Source: a virus. Taken from it: a DNA stretch of 64,000 bases. Position 1 is the first letter of the stretch. Each line of letters opens with the position of its first letter. A model generated the notes under the pieces. It saw nothing but the letters and a program-made list of their open reading frames with translations, searched no databases and was not told the DNA's origin. The stretch covers positions 5,479-69,478 of the IMG/VR virus record IMGVR_UViG_3300017991_000103; one strand, written 5' to 3'. The position numbers were made by a program, and so were the translations under genes. Positions 48,103 to 57,582 of the stretch are shown in pieces.

Positions 48103-48128
48103 AACAGTGCACCTCCATTTTGTATGGC

Positions 48129-48752
48129 CTACTTTTTGAATCCAGGTTCATCCCACATATCAAAAATAAAAATGTTTTTCTCGTCAAAACTATCTTTGCT
48201 TGTTATGGCTGGCATTACCATAATGAATGGGTCTAGTATACGTGTCACCTCTGAAACAAAAAACATAACATCTCTCCCAAAGTTATCAATTATTTGTTCT
48301 ACTTTGCGTAGAGTTTCTATCGGTATGGGTTTATCATATGGAGTTGGGTCATCCCACGAGGAGAAATGGTGGAATAATAGTGTTTTATTACCAAATAGTT
48401 GAGTTTCAATATTTCTGAGTGGCCACCAAATCCAAGTTCTACCAGGGCCGGCCTTCTTTTCAAGCCATCGGTCTACTGTAGTGTAATCATATAACTCTAT
48501 TTTATTTTTAATAAAGAACGTAGATAGTCTTGAGGCTATTTCATCAGCCTTTATAATTTCTCTAGTTATTCTCGTAGGTTCATGACTTATACCAATACGT
48601 GTTGCAATTTCTTCGTAGTTTTTAAGAGTTCGCTGTGCAGTCTCAACTTGGGTTTCAACCTTTATACCTTTTTCTGTAACTACTATTTGAGCATCCATCG
48701 GTACTGGTTTTTCTACGGTTACTTTCTTTCTTAACAGTGTGGTGAGTAGCAT
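48129..48752 (-). CDS. Hypothetical protein
   Basis: SD AAAGGAGG; Y.KPIP...L, DPF, WDEP.F pattern. Confidence 0.55.
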   Translation of the reverse strand: MLLTTLLRKKVTVEKPVPMDAQIVVTEKGIKVETQVETAQRTLKNYEEIATRIGISHEPTRITREIIKADEIASRLSTFFIKNKIELYDYTTVDRWLEKKAGPGRTWIWWPLRNIETQLFGNKTLLFHHFSSWDDPTPYDKPIPIETLRKVEQIIDNFGRDVMFFVSEVTRILDPFIMVMPAITSKDSFDEKNIFIFDMWDEPGFKK

Positions 48753-48918
48753 CTTCCTGCCTCCTTTTCTCATTCCCTATAGTGTTGAATACTTGGTCTG
48801 ATTGCATCTCTTTATGTATTATCCAAAAGTAGCTTAACAGCCTTCTAGGAATGTCAAGCATACCTCTTTCTCTAGGAACCTCGTTGCATGGACCCGTGTC
48901 CGCTAGATATATCTTCAT
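48655..48918 (-). CDS. Small MKIYLA...RLLSY protein (TGT-barrel N-terminal-like module)
   Basis: Paralogous N-terminus to 48872-49072. Confidence 0.5.
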   Translation of the reverse strand: MKIYLADTGPCNEVPRERGMLDIPRRLLSYFWIIHKEMQSDQVFNTIGNEKRRQEDATHHTVKKESNRRKTSTDGCSNSSYRKRYKG

Positions 48919-49072
48919 CTTTTGGGTTTCTCCCAGTCCTTATGTATTTTTTAAACTGTTCCTTCCTTTCAGCAGTGTGATAGAAACTTAGAAGTCGATG
49001 TCTACATTTAGCATTGGTCAGAGCATTCCCCTGCTCTGGCTCGAACAGCCACGTTGCTAAGTATATTTTCAT
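48872..49072 (-). CDS. Small MKIYLA...RLLSF protein (TGT-barrel N-terminal-like module)
   Basis: Paralogous N-terminus to 48655-48918. Confidence 0.5.
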   Translation of the reverse strand: MKIYLATWLFEPEQGNALTNAKCRHRLLSFYHTAERKEQFKKYIRTGRNPKDEDISSGHGSMQRGS

Positions 49073-49589
49073 TGAACATAACCCTTAACCTTTCACTCAT
49101 TGGGAGAGTTACTTCGTCGAGTATACCAACAGGAACTGTATATAAATCTTTATAGATTAGAGTAGCAGGATTAACCCTTATACACAATCTATTCTTGTTA
49201 CCTGTTGATTCTCTCATGTGCCATCCGTATGTTTTTACAAGGTCGCGAACCAAGCATGGTCCAGCATACTTGTGTCTAAGTATACCATCTGGCCTGTAAA
49301 CAAACAGCATCCAGTACTCACCAAAGGATTCGATGGCACTTTCCACATCTTCCATCTCACATTGCCTTAGTTTAATATAGACCTGACTATCATTTGAGAA
49401 TCGGATGAAACCGAACCACTTCCTTTTTCTCTTGTTGTTAACAAAAGCATAGTCAAGTCCACGCTCTTTTGGCCACTCAAGTCTTAGTTCTGAATGAACA
49501 GATTTAAGATATGTATTTACATAATTTGCTACTTGTCTCCTATCTTCCTTTCCCTTTTCAAAGTCTCTGAACTTCTTAAAAGATGGCAT
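49008..49589 (-). CDS. Hypothetical protein
   Basis: SD AAGGAGG before MPSFKK; no clear motif. Confidence 0.5.
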   Translation of the reverse strand: MPSFKKFRDFEKGKEDRRQVANYVNTYLKSVHSELRLEWPKERGLDYAFVNNKRKRKWFGFIRFSNDSQVYIKLRQCEMEDVESAIESFGEYWMLFVYRPDGILRHKYAGPCLVRDLVKTYGWHMRESTGNKNRLCIRVNPATLIYKDLYTVPVGILDEVTLPMSERLRVMFNENILSNVAVRARAGECSDQC

Positions 49590-50514
49590 TGGTTGTGCCT
49601 CCTTTTTCAAATGGCCAAGGCCATTTCCTGAAAGACTTTTCCAAATCTACAAAATACAGTATGTTCAACTCATCTCTCAACTGGTATCGGTTACTCACCC
49701 CCTCTTCTTCTATTATTTCAAGTTTCCTTTTCTGGTCTGGGTCTGCTGGTCTCTTTTCAGCCCACCTCTCATTTTGTCTCACAGTATGGGTCTGCTTAAC
49801 CTTTTTGAACCGCGACGCACCCACTTTATAACCTTTACTATGTATATAGTCTATTATGATGTCTCTTTGTCTTGGGGTGAAAGTGCTTATATGTTTACCA
49901 GCTTCCTTAGTATTAGGGCTTTGACTTGACACACATACAGACCATGACCGTTCATCATAAACCCACCCACCATTTTTATATCTAGGAACAAGGATAGTGC
50001 CCATTCTTGAACTCATAACCCAGGTAGTTGAATCGACAGAATACCATGGGTATCTTAACATAAGTTTTAGACCGGTCAATCCGAAACCATGAACTTTGGT
50101 CTTAGGCATTCTATCGGGGGTATCACATATTACATTGAAGCATCGGTCTAAAAACATCATTCTGGTCTTAGGTGTGAAACCTCTTGCCATCCCACCTAAG
50201 CAGAAGTATGGGTATTCCAAACATCTATCCAAATACTTTCTTCCCTTACTAGTTTTTTCATCACTTAGATGGTATACTGGTAACGGATTAAGACCAGCTT
50301 TCTCCATTATCCTTTGGTTGCGCCAGGTAGCCTTTGCATCACCTATGACATCAAGATTTGCATACACATCTATGATGTCCTCATGCTTTTTTATAAATGC
50401 TATGTAATCGTCTATATCAATTTTAGTGTCTTGAGTCCAAGCTGAGAATGCTCCTGAATCTAGGAATAAGTCAACCATTCTTTGTTTATTTTTTCTCTTG
50501 CTCTTTTTGGTCAT
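49576..50514 (-). CDS. tRNA-guanine transglycosylase-fold (DpdA-like) 7-deazaguanine DNA insertion enzyme
   Basis: LFLDSGAFS, NLDVIGD, PVYH, LGGM, VHGFG, YSVDSTTW; clustered with folE and queCDE. Confidence 0.75.
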   Translation of the reverse strand: MTKKSKRKNKQRMVDLFLDSGAFSAWTQDTKIDIDDYIAFIKKHEDIIDVYANLDVIGDAKATWRNQRIMEKAGLNPLPVYHLSDEKTSKGRKYLDRCLEYPYFCLGGMARGFTPKTRMMFLDRCFNVICDTPDRMPKTKVHGFGLTGLKLMLRYPWYSVDSTTWVMSSRMGTILVPRYKNGGWVYDERSWSVCVSSQSPNTKEAGKHISTFTPRQRDIIIDYIHSKGYKVGASRFKKVKQTHTVRQNERWAEKRPADPDQKRKLEIIEEEGVSNRYQLRDELNILYFVDLEKSFRKWPWPFEKGGTTNAIF

Positions 50515-50665
50515 ACGCATCCTCACTTTATATTTAGGATAGGAATCATATAGAAGATATATAACTCTTTTCTTACCTATGATTACCTCTCAGCTATATT
50601 TGAACTTCATATATTTTTGCTGATTAGGAGATAATATAGATACTGTTACTCTATCGTAATCTACG

Positions 50666-51523
50666 TCACTTTATTGGTGCCGTACAGAGTGTTATAAATT
50701 CATCCCTTACTTTGTGCTCAGTTAGGAATATACCTTTCATAGAAGAGTACACCATTGTGGAGTCTCTTTTAACACCTCTGCAGCCCATACACATGTGCTT
50801 TCCTATTGTAATACATCCACATCCTTTTGGTCTAAAATACTTCATCATTGCATTAGTTACTTGTTCTCCTATGCGCTCTTGCATTTGTAATCGCCGTGCG
50901 AAAGCATCGAGTAACCTGATTATCTTACTTGCACCAAGAACAGGACCATCTGGAATATATCCTATATGGGCAACACCGCTGAATGGTAGCATATGATGTT
51001 CACAGGTGGAGAAGAATTCTATGTCCCTTTTTATCACAAGACCTTCATATTTCTCTTCGTCTTCGAACTCCTTGAATATAGATTCAATGTCTGCACCATA
51101 GCCGGCATAAATCTCTTTAAACGATTCTACAATTCTTTTCGGGGTTTCTTGCAAGCCTTTACGCATTGGGTTATCACCAATATGTTCTATTATCCGAACT
51201 ATATTATCGTGCACTCCTTCTTCAGATGCAGGATGTTCGGCTTCCCACGGGAATACAAGCCATGGGTCTTTAGGTGTTTTACTATACAGTGAGATAAACG
51301 GTGCTGTGTACTTTTCTTGATAAAACTGCCTGGTTCGACCAGTATACTCAACATCGTCGAGTATTAAATCCGCATCAGCAGGATTCATGGTTGCAACTGC
51401 ATTTTTCAGGAATGCAGTAAGTATCATTCCATTTTTTGGAACACCATATATGTGATACCCTATTATATCAACAGATTCGAGTTTTGAAAGAACCACGTCC
51501 CAACTGATATACTTTTTAAACAT
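50666..51523 (-). CDS. folE: GTP cyclohydrolase I with an N-terminal PRTase-like domain
   Basis: GL.ETP.R, CEHHMLPF.G, SK..R, RRLQMQER, H.CM..RG; N-terminal YGVPKNG, ILDDV.YTG.T, WLVFPWE. Confidence 0.9.
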   Translation of the reverse strand: MFKKYISWDVVLSKLESVDIIGYHIYGVPKNGMILTAFLKNAVATMNPADADLILDDVEYTGRTRQFYQEKYTAPFISLYSKTPKDPWLVFPWEAEHPASEEGVHDNIVRIIEHIGDNPMRKGLQETPKRIVESFKEIYAGYGADIESIFKEFEDEEKYEGLVIKRDIEFFSTCEHHMLPFSGVAHIGYIPDGPVLGASKIIRLLDAFARRLQMQERIGEQVTNAMMKYFRPKGCGCITIGKHMCMGCRGVKRDSTMVYSSMKGIFLTEHKVRDEFITLCTAPIK

Positions 51524-51534
51524 GAACTTTCTCC

Positions 51535-52182
51535 TTATTTGAAGTGTATTTTTGACGGGTCTACCATATCATACCATATTTTTATTGCATCATCTGGTAG
51601 CATGAATTCGGGTGCAAGTAGATTTTGTAACATATCTACTGAATTTTCGGGTTCGATGATAAATCGTGGGGATAGTAATACTGTATGTCTTTTAAAACTT
51701 GCACTAAGCATACCGTAACAGAATAATCTGCTAAGTTCAATTTGACCTGGAGATTGTTTTAACAAATCGCAATCTGTTTCAAAGTGAGGGTGCCTTAACT
51801 CTTTGGAGGCAACAATATCCTTTGTATCTCTCCAAAGTATTATAAACTTATCTTCGCGGTCACCTCTTTCCTCAAGCCAGATTCGAAGTATAGAGGGGTG
51901 CATTAATAGATAAGAGAATTTTATAATCCTATCCTTTTCACTCCCGAGTGACTCCAATGGCTCGAATCGTTCTCTAGGTTCTATCATATCCCAGTAATTG
52001 GAAAATGGGAAATCAGGAATTTCCAAAGCCTCTCTGTAGTATGCACAGACATCTGGATTCTCATATCCGCCATCCACCTCGTCGTGCCAGAATTTGGTTC
52101 CTAAATCGAAGCCGCATTTAACAAAAAAGGAAGCCAAGAAACTAGTCCCCGACCTTTGAGCACCTGTTATTACAGCTAACAT
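51535..52182 (-). CDS. Sulfotransferase family protein inside the deazaguanine cluster
   Basis: VITGAQRSGTSF, GGYEN, ILWRD..DIV.S; resembles 11626-12351. Confidence 0.7.
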   Translation of the reverse strand: MLAVITGAQRSGTSFLASFFVKCGFDLGTKFWHDEVDGGYENPDVCAYYREALEIPDFPFSNYWDMIEPRERFEPLESLGSEKDRIIKFSYLLMHPSILRIWLEERGDREDKFIILWRDTKDIVASKELRHPHFETDCDLLKQSPGQIELSRLFCYGMLSASFKRHTVLLSPRFIIEPENSVDMLQNLLAPEFMLPDDAIKIWYDMVDPSKIHFK

Positions 52183-52191
52183 AGTTCTCTC

Positions 52192-52878
52192 CTATTCGTA
52201 ATCTATTGGGTCTTTTACACCTGCTATTTCAAAAGCTTCTAACCTCTCGACACAACTTCCGCACTTACCACACGCTTTATCTCTCCCATTGTAACAAGTT
52301 GTAGTAAGAGCGAAAGGCACCTTCATTGCTAAACCCCACTGAATTATTTCATGCTTTGTCATATTCATAAGTGGGGCTTCTATTTGCACTTTACCTTCAG
52401 TAGCATAATACATTACAATATTCATGGCTGCAACATATTCAGGTCTGCAGTCTGGATAGATTGCATGGTCACCCTCATGTGCACCAAATAATATTGTTGG
52501 TGCACCAACGGTTTCTGCTTTACCCATTAGCATACTTAGGAATATAGTATTTCTAGCAGGCACCACTGTCGACTTCATTTTAGCATCTGTATAATGTCCT
52601 TCAGGAATTTGTTTTGGACTTCTTTTTAGCAGACTTGTTGCTGTTGCAAACTGTGAGACAACCCCTCGCACGTCAAAAAAATCTAGGGATAAATGGTTCT
52701 CATAATCCCTATAGTAATATACTAGACGCATTGAAGCATTGTATTCGACATCATTGTGTCGAGACCCATAGTGGAAGAAACAGCACCAAATATCAGCACC
52801 CTGCTCGAGTAGATACCCGAGCAGGGTTGCCGAATCGGTGCCACCAGACAATGCTAACACTGCTTTAGTCTGTGGCAT
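52192..52878 (-). CDS. queC: 7-cyano-7-deazaguanine synthase
   Basis: LSGGTDS, YG.RH, VVPARN, YPDCRP, CY...CG.CGSC.ER. Confidence 0.95.
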   Translation of the reverse strand: MPQTKAVLALSGGTDSATLLGYLLEQGADIWCCFFHYGSRHNDVEYNASMRLVYYYRDYENHLSLDFFDVRGVVSQFATATSLLKRSPKQIPEGHYTDAKMKSTVVPARNTIFLSMLMGKAETVGAPTILFGAHEGDHAIYPDCRPEYVAAMNIVMYYATEGKVQIEAPLMNMTKHEIIQWGLAMKVPFALTTTCYNGRDKACGKCGSCVERLEAFEIAGVKDPIDYE

Positions 52879-52890
52879 ATGTATGTCTCC

Positions 52891-54402
52891 TTACTTCTTG
52901 CTCTTCTTGCCTTTCTTTTCCTTCTTGCTCTTCTTACCTTTCTTTTCCTTCTTGGTCTTGTCTTCCTTTTTCTCTTTCTTTTCCTTTTTTGCAGGCTTTT
53001 CATCTGCGCCCTGCTGTTTTGCTATGGCAGGAAGAGCATTGCCTTTCTCCCACTGTTTTATCCAGCTGGATATGGTGGCCTCTTTGACAGCACCTTTAAT
53101 CTTCTTGTGAAGTTTCTTCACTTTGGTTTCGCCATCTTTCCATGCCTTCCATACCTGTGCTTTGTTGGATTTGCTGTGGTCAACCGGCTTGCTGGGTTTC
53201 TTCGGTTTGGGTTTCAACTCTTCTTCAGGAACACCGAGTTTGATGAGCATCGCCCTCTTCAATTCCTTCGGGCCGTGCAATCCCTGGTAACTTTTCAATT
53301 TCTTTTTCAGGGATTTGAGCTCATCGTTTTCCTTGACGATGTCTTTGAGGTCAGCGAGTTTTGAGGTATCGCGAACGAGGTCTATAAGGCTCTTTTCTTC
53401 TTCCTCGTCTTCCTCGTCCTCTTCTTCTTCTTCTTCTTCTTCTTCTTCGTCCTCTTCTTCGTCTTCGTCTTCCTCGTCCTCTTCTTCGTCTTCGTCTTCC
53501 TCGTCCTCTTCTTCGTCTTCGTCTTCCTCGTCCTCTTCCTCGTCCTCTTCTTCTTCCTCTTCCTCGTCTTCCTCGTCCTCGTCTTCCTCGTCCTCTTCTT
53601 CTTCTTCTTCGTCTTCTTCTTCTTCTTCTTCGTCCTCGTCTTCCTCTTCCTCGTCCTCTTCGAGTTCCTCGTCTTCAGGTTCTTCTTCATCGTCGACGAG
53701 TCCCTCTTCCTCTCTTATTTGGTCGAGAATCTTCTGAGTCTTTTTGGTGAATTCGTCCTCTTCAGAAATCACCTCAGTGAGAGCCTCAACAATACCTGCT
53801 CTCATAGTCTTCATGTTTTTGGTTGAGATTCCCTTTTCGCCAGTTTCCTCGTTAACCAGCCCGAGAGTCTTGTTGAGTTCCTTTGCGACCTTTTCCAGGT
53901 CAGATTTGCTAATACGTGCCATCTTCAATTCTCCTTCAGTTTGTTTACTTCTTCTGATTAGTTGGTACACACTCTGTGTTTCTGGATTACCGAGAACAAC
54001 GGAGCCGTATTCATTTGCAAGACCGAACCCCCTCAAGGTTCCCATATGCTCACTCCTTAATATCTCTTCATATATTGTTCTCAATAATCGGTCGCGACTG
54101 TTAGGTACCTTACTCAATTTCCTTTTCATTTGGGTAATAAGTCGCGTCCACTTTGCTTTGGCACCACCCCCTTTACGCTTATCTCCTTGTTGAAGTTCTC
54201 TCTTTTCTATTTCACGCCTTTCATACTGAGCCAACTTAATAATGGTCTTGAGGGAACCTACATATAATTTCTTCAACGCAGGATACGACCAATATTGAAA
54301 GTCAGCACGGCGACTTAATAGATGGGAAGTGAGTAGACGTGCATCTGTCGGGAATCTTTCTCCGTCCACCGCCCAATTCTTACGGCGTCTCACTTCAACC
54401 AC
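52891..54402 (-). CDS. Protein with an approximately 100-residue Asp/Glu tract and Lys-rich tail; probable internal start at 53922
   Basis: Frame open from 54402; strong SD GAAGGAG before MARISK at 53922. Confidence 0.65.
   Translation of the reverse strand: MVEVRRRKNWAVDGERFPTDARLLTSHLLSRRADFQYWSYPALKKLYVGSLKTIIKLAQYERREIEKRELQQGDKRKGGGAKAKWTRLITQMKRKLSKVPNSRDRLLRTIYEEILRSEHMGTLRGFGLANEYGSVVLGNPETQSVYQLIRRSKQTEGELKMARISKSDLEKVAKELNKTLGLVNEETGEKGISTKNMKTMRAGIVEALTEVISEEDEFTKKTQKILDQIREEEGLVDDEEEPEDEELEEDEEEEDEDEEEEEEDEEEEEEDEEDEDEEDEEEEEEEDEEEDEEDEDEEEDEEDEDEEEDEEDEDEEEDEEEEEEEEEEDEEDEEEEKSLIDLVRDTSKLADLKDIVKENDELKSLKKKLKSYQGLHGPKELKRAMLIKLGVPEEELKPKPKKPSKPVDHSKSNKAQVWKAWKDGETKVKKLHKKIKGAVKEATISSWIKQWEKGNALPAIAKQQGADEKPAKKEKKEKKEDKTKKEKKGKKSKKEKKGKKSKK
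53396..53712. repeat. Low-complexity GAA/GAG/GAC codon array (poly-Glu/Asp)
   Basis: Seen directly as (TTC/CTC/GTC)n on the + strand. Confidence 0.9.
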
Positions 54403-54412
54403 CTCTCTTTCA

Positions 54413-54446
54413 TATATTATATTGTGGATTATTAGTTTGCGTTAAG
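54413..54446 (-). promoter_or_regulatory. Phage promoter motif CTTAACGCAAAC-N13-TATAATATA
   Basis: Matches the 42224 and 55134 copies. Confidence 0.7.
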
Positions 54447-55104
54447 GCATCCCAATTAGCTTATGAATTTGGAGTGAGAATATTATACGGTTTGTATACT
54501 CATACATTCGCGTTTTAAGCCAATCAATTAATGAACCGTTTGCTCCGACTGGGCTGACTATGAAATCTTCTGAGTATCCGCAATCAGTAAGTTGTTTCAT
54601 TACTTTAAGTGCTTCATCAGCATCCGCTCTACAGGCTATAACAAATTTAACTTTAACATATGGATACATACATAACATACCACGCCACGTGGGTTCAAAA
54701 GCCTTATTGAGTTCTGTATGCACTTTTGGGTGTTCTGATGACCAGCACTTATAATCAACAACCCAGTAGTTGTTATACATCTCAGGGGGAATTAGTATGG
54801 AACCGTTGGTTTCTATTTGTACTTCATGACCATTTTCCCACAGTGCATCAGTAAGTGTTTTAATACTTTTTCCTTGAAGTAATGGTTCACCCCCAGTTAA
54901 TATAACTTTAACTGTATTGCACATTCGCAATACATGGTCGACGTGCATTACAGTACCTTCACTTGGGTCTTGTGACTTTTTAGTATCACACCATGCACAT
55001 TTTAGATTGCAACCTTGGAATCGAATAAATGTGCACCAAGACCCTTGTGGAAAGAAACCGGCCTCACCACAAATAGACTCGAATATCTCATTTACTCTAA
55101 TCAT
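54442..55104 (-). CDS. queE: 7-carboxy-7-deazaguanine synthase (radical SAM)
   Basis: EIF.SI.GE, FIR..GCNLKCAWCDT, TGGEPL, IETNG, LQIHK. Confidence 0.92.
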   Translation of the reverse strand: MIRVNEIFESICGEAGFFPQGSWCTFIRFQGCNLKCAWCDTKKSQDPSEGTVMHVDHVLRMCNTVKVILTGGEPLLQGKSIKTLTDALWENGHEVQIETNGSILIPPEMYNNYWVVDYKCWSSEHPKVHTELNKAFEPTWRGMLCMYPYVKVKFVIACRADADEALKVMKQLTDCGYSEDFIVSPVGANGSLIDWLKTRMYEYTNRIIFSLQIHKLIGMP

Positions 55105-55133
55105 ATCACTTACCCCCTTTCTTTTTCATTTAT

Positions 55134-55167
55134 TATATTATATTGTGAAACCTCTGTTTGCGTGAAG
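55134..55167 (-). promoter_or_regulatory. Phage promoter motif CTTCACGCAAAC-N13-TATAATATA
   Basis: Matches the 42224 and 54413 copies; upstream of queE. Confidence 0.7.
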
Positions 55168-55175
55168 GCTTAACT

Positions 55176-55520
55176 TTAAAGCAATCCTTTGATACATTCG
55201 AGTAAATATAACCTTGGTGCCACAAGTACCTTAATGAGTTGTACTAACTGAATAACACCAATAGAAAATGGGATTGACGCTAGTAAACTAAGAAACACGC
55301 ATCCAACTATCTTATCATCAGTATCATATCGCGGCTCTTTCCACACCCGGTATATAAAATATAACGCGACAGCTACTAGGGACATTGTTAACCCAATGAA
55401 GAATAAGTGCCGAACTGCACCGTAATGTAGAATCTCTCTTGCAAGTGCTGGCAATTCACCTTTTAAGAATATGGTTCCCTCATTTACTGTTTCTAAAAGT
55501 TTCTCAAGTTGCTCTTCCAT
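55176..55520 (-). CDS. Two-TM membrane protein
   Basis: Two hydrophobic helices; SD AGGGAGG. Confidence 0.6.
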   Translation of the reverse strand: MEEQLEKLLETVNEGTIFLKGELPALAREILHYGAVRHLFFIGLTMSLVAVALYFIYRVWKEPRYDTDDKIVGCVFLSLLASIPFSIGVIQLVQLIKVLVAPRLYLLECIKGLL

Positions 55521-55534
55521 TGTGTACCTCCCTT

Positions 55535-55978
55535 TTAGTTATTTCCCCTAAGTGATTTTGTATAACTCGCATATGAAGTTGGAGTTTCATACACTGTTAC
55601 CCTTTTTAATGTTGCAAGAGGTGCATAGCCAGTAAAATACACTTCCAACCCACCTAATATCAGTTGATAAAGTATATATGCTAGGTTCTCTGCAGTTGGA
55701 TTCTCTGTTCTCCAATCGTCGATACCATCTTCGGTTTCGATTGAAAGACTTGAATCCTGAAGAACTGTATTTAGCACCGAATGGTCTAAGCAATCAATGA
55801 GTGGCCCGACCACCTCTTTTATAAACCCAAAGTCTATCAACATTCCATGCCGTGATAGTAACATTCCCTCAAAAGTAACCAGAACGCGATAGGTATGCCC
55901 GTGCATCTGCCCGCAAGTCTCATGACCTGGGAGGTAATGAGCTGCATCAAAAATGAACTCTTTAGTTACCTCAAACAT
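55535..55978 (-). CDS. queD: 6-carboxytetrahydropterin synthase
   Basis: FDAAH.L, C..MHGHTY, DF, LDH..LN, PTAEN.A, YETP. Confidence 0.92.
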   Translation of the reverse strand: MFEVTKEFIFDAAHYLPGHETCGQMHGHTYRVLVTFEGMLLSRHGMLIDFGFIKEVVGPLIDCLDHSVLNTVLQDSSLSIETEDGIDDWRTENPTAENLAYILYQLILGGLEVYFTGYAPLATLKRVTVYETPTSYASYTKSLRGNN

Positions 55979-56003
55979 GGTTTTCTTCCTTTCATTTTCT
56001 TTT

Positions 56004-56032
56004 ATTATATCATAGTATTTTTGTCATTGCAA
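56004..56032 (-). promoter_or_regulatory. Sigma70-type promoter TTGCAA-N17-TATAAT (extended TG) upstream of queD
   Basis: Near-consensus boxes with 17-bp spacing in an intergenic region. Confidence 0.6.
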
Positions 56033-56046
56033 GATATTTTTTCAGT

Positions 56047-57582
56047 CTATCTGAAACTTGCAAGAAACGGTCTCCCAATCTCCAACCTCTGTAACACCTT
56101 GACAGGTCGGTGTCTATCAACTCCAGATTCTCGAACGACCACTTCGTTTACTCTGGTAATGCCTATCAACTCCTCTTCCCACGTTCTATTTAAACCAAAC
56201 TCTGCAGTTAGATGTGCATGTTTTCGTTTATCTTCTGAGAAGTTAGACATATCAATTAAACTCTTACCATAACTTCTCGAATCAGTTTGAGAAGCACCGA
56301 TTACAAGAAAATCTCTTTCAAGAGATAGTCCTCTAACTCGCATCCATATACTATTTATTTGGTCTCTTCTTGACATTGTTGTGACATCAGGGTCTGGTGC
56401 AAGAAGGTCAAGATAGTCTATTATGACCACGTCTGGGACGAAACGCTTAGTTTTCTCCCATATAGTTAATACTGATTTTATTTCCATTACTGTTAACGTG
56501 TCACTTGGATACGAAATTATCTCAAACTTTGATGGATACATATCTCTGAAGTTAGCAAAGGCAATTTTTGCGTCCCTACTATCAATAGGGATTACTGGAG
56601 GTCTTCTTTTAAACCATATCACCCCTTTCAAACTCTCACAGTTTCTGCATGTTCTATGGTTTAGAAACTCGTCATACTTACTCACAAGGTCATCATATGT
56701 GAATTCTAGTATCTGCTCTTCGCTAGATACTCCTATACCTTCACCCCTTTCTCTCTCAGATTTGTCACATGAGTCAACCTGGTGGTATAAACAATCTACT
56801 TCAGGAATAAACAACTCGTTGCAGTAGCGTTCTTCATCCGACCTTCTGCATAAGTATATTCCCATTCTACGAATCTTCTGCTCTTTGCTCTGGTCTCCAG
56901 CTTCAAAGAAAGCTACATTACTTCCTGAACGCAAGGCTCTGAATGCGAATTCCATTAGCCAAAAAGACTTGCCACTTTTTTCAGGTCCAACTATCCCAAC
57001 AAATCCACCTCTAACCATTTCATAATTGAACAATGTTCCAAGTGCACGGGGGAAATGTATAAGTTTCTCTTTTCTTTCTGAGAATGCACGGTCTATTATC
57101 TGATAACTATTTTCTACATCAAACGGGTCAACCGATATATTATCATCTGGTGCTACAGTAACATATTGACATGCGGTACCTTCAGCTTCTGTTATTTTAC
57201 CTCTATCAAGTCGGTCTCTGATTTCATCAGTGAAACGTCTCAGGTGTTGTTCCTTGAAAAACTGTTTTGTTTCGTCGGTAAGGTAGGTCACATTAAACTG
57301 TTCAGGGTTATAATCGGTACTCATACTATCCAGAACGCGTTCTATCCATTCTGCCCTGTCCTGGTGTAACCCTTCCTTAAGTTTTTGGGAAAATATACCT
57401 TCAATATCACGACCTGGTGCTTTGTCATATTGGCGGAAATACTCAAGACACCAGCGTGCTAATAATCCAGCGGTTGGTGATACAAAGAGCTTAGGTTTAA
57501 TTATACTTGAGCATCTTTGTATATATTCGGTTGAGACAATTAATCCGGTTATAATTCTTCGTTCGATAAACTCTTCAGCCAT
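56047..57582 (-). CDS. dnaB: DnaB-like replicative helicase
   Basis: GPEKSGKS, IIDYLDL, ASQ, FSEDKRK; Cys-containing insertion. Confidence 0.8.
   Translation of the reverse strand: MAEEFIERRIITGLIVSTEYIQRCSSIIKPKLFVSPTAGLLARWCLEYFRQYDKAPGRDIEGIFSQKLKEGLHQDRAEWIERVLDSMSTDYNPEQFNVTYLTDETKQFFKEQHLRRFTDEIRDRLDRGKITEAEGTACQYVTVAPDDNISVDPFDVENSYQIIDRAFSERKEKLIHFPRALGTLFNYEMVRGGFVGIVGPEKSGKSFWLMEFAFRALRSGSNVAFFEAGDQSKEQKIRRMGIYLCRRSDEERYCNELFIPEVDCLYHQVDSCDKSERERGEGIGVSSEEQILEFTYDDLVSKYDEFLNHRTCRNCESLKGVIWFKRRPPVIPIDSRDAKIAFANFRDMYPSKFEIISYPSDTLTVMEIKSVLTIWEKTKRFVPDVVIIDYLDLLAPDPDVTTMSRRDQINSIWMRVRGLSLERDFLVIGASQTDSRSYGKSLIDMSNFSEDKRKHAHLTAEFGLNRTWEEELIGITRVNEVVVRESGVDRHRPVKVLQRLEIGRPFLASFR

Noticed and set aside
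53315-53737. Poly-Ser and Lys/Arg/Thr-rich ORFs (also 40335-40769)
   Set aside because: Shadow frames of the Asp/Glu codon arrays
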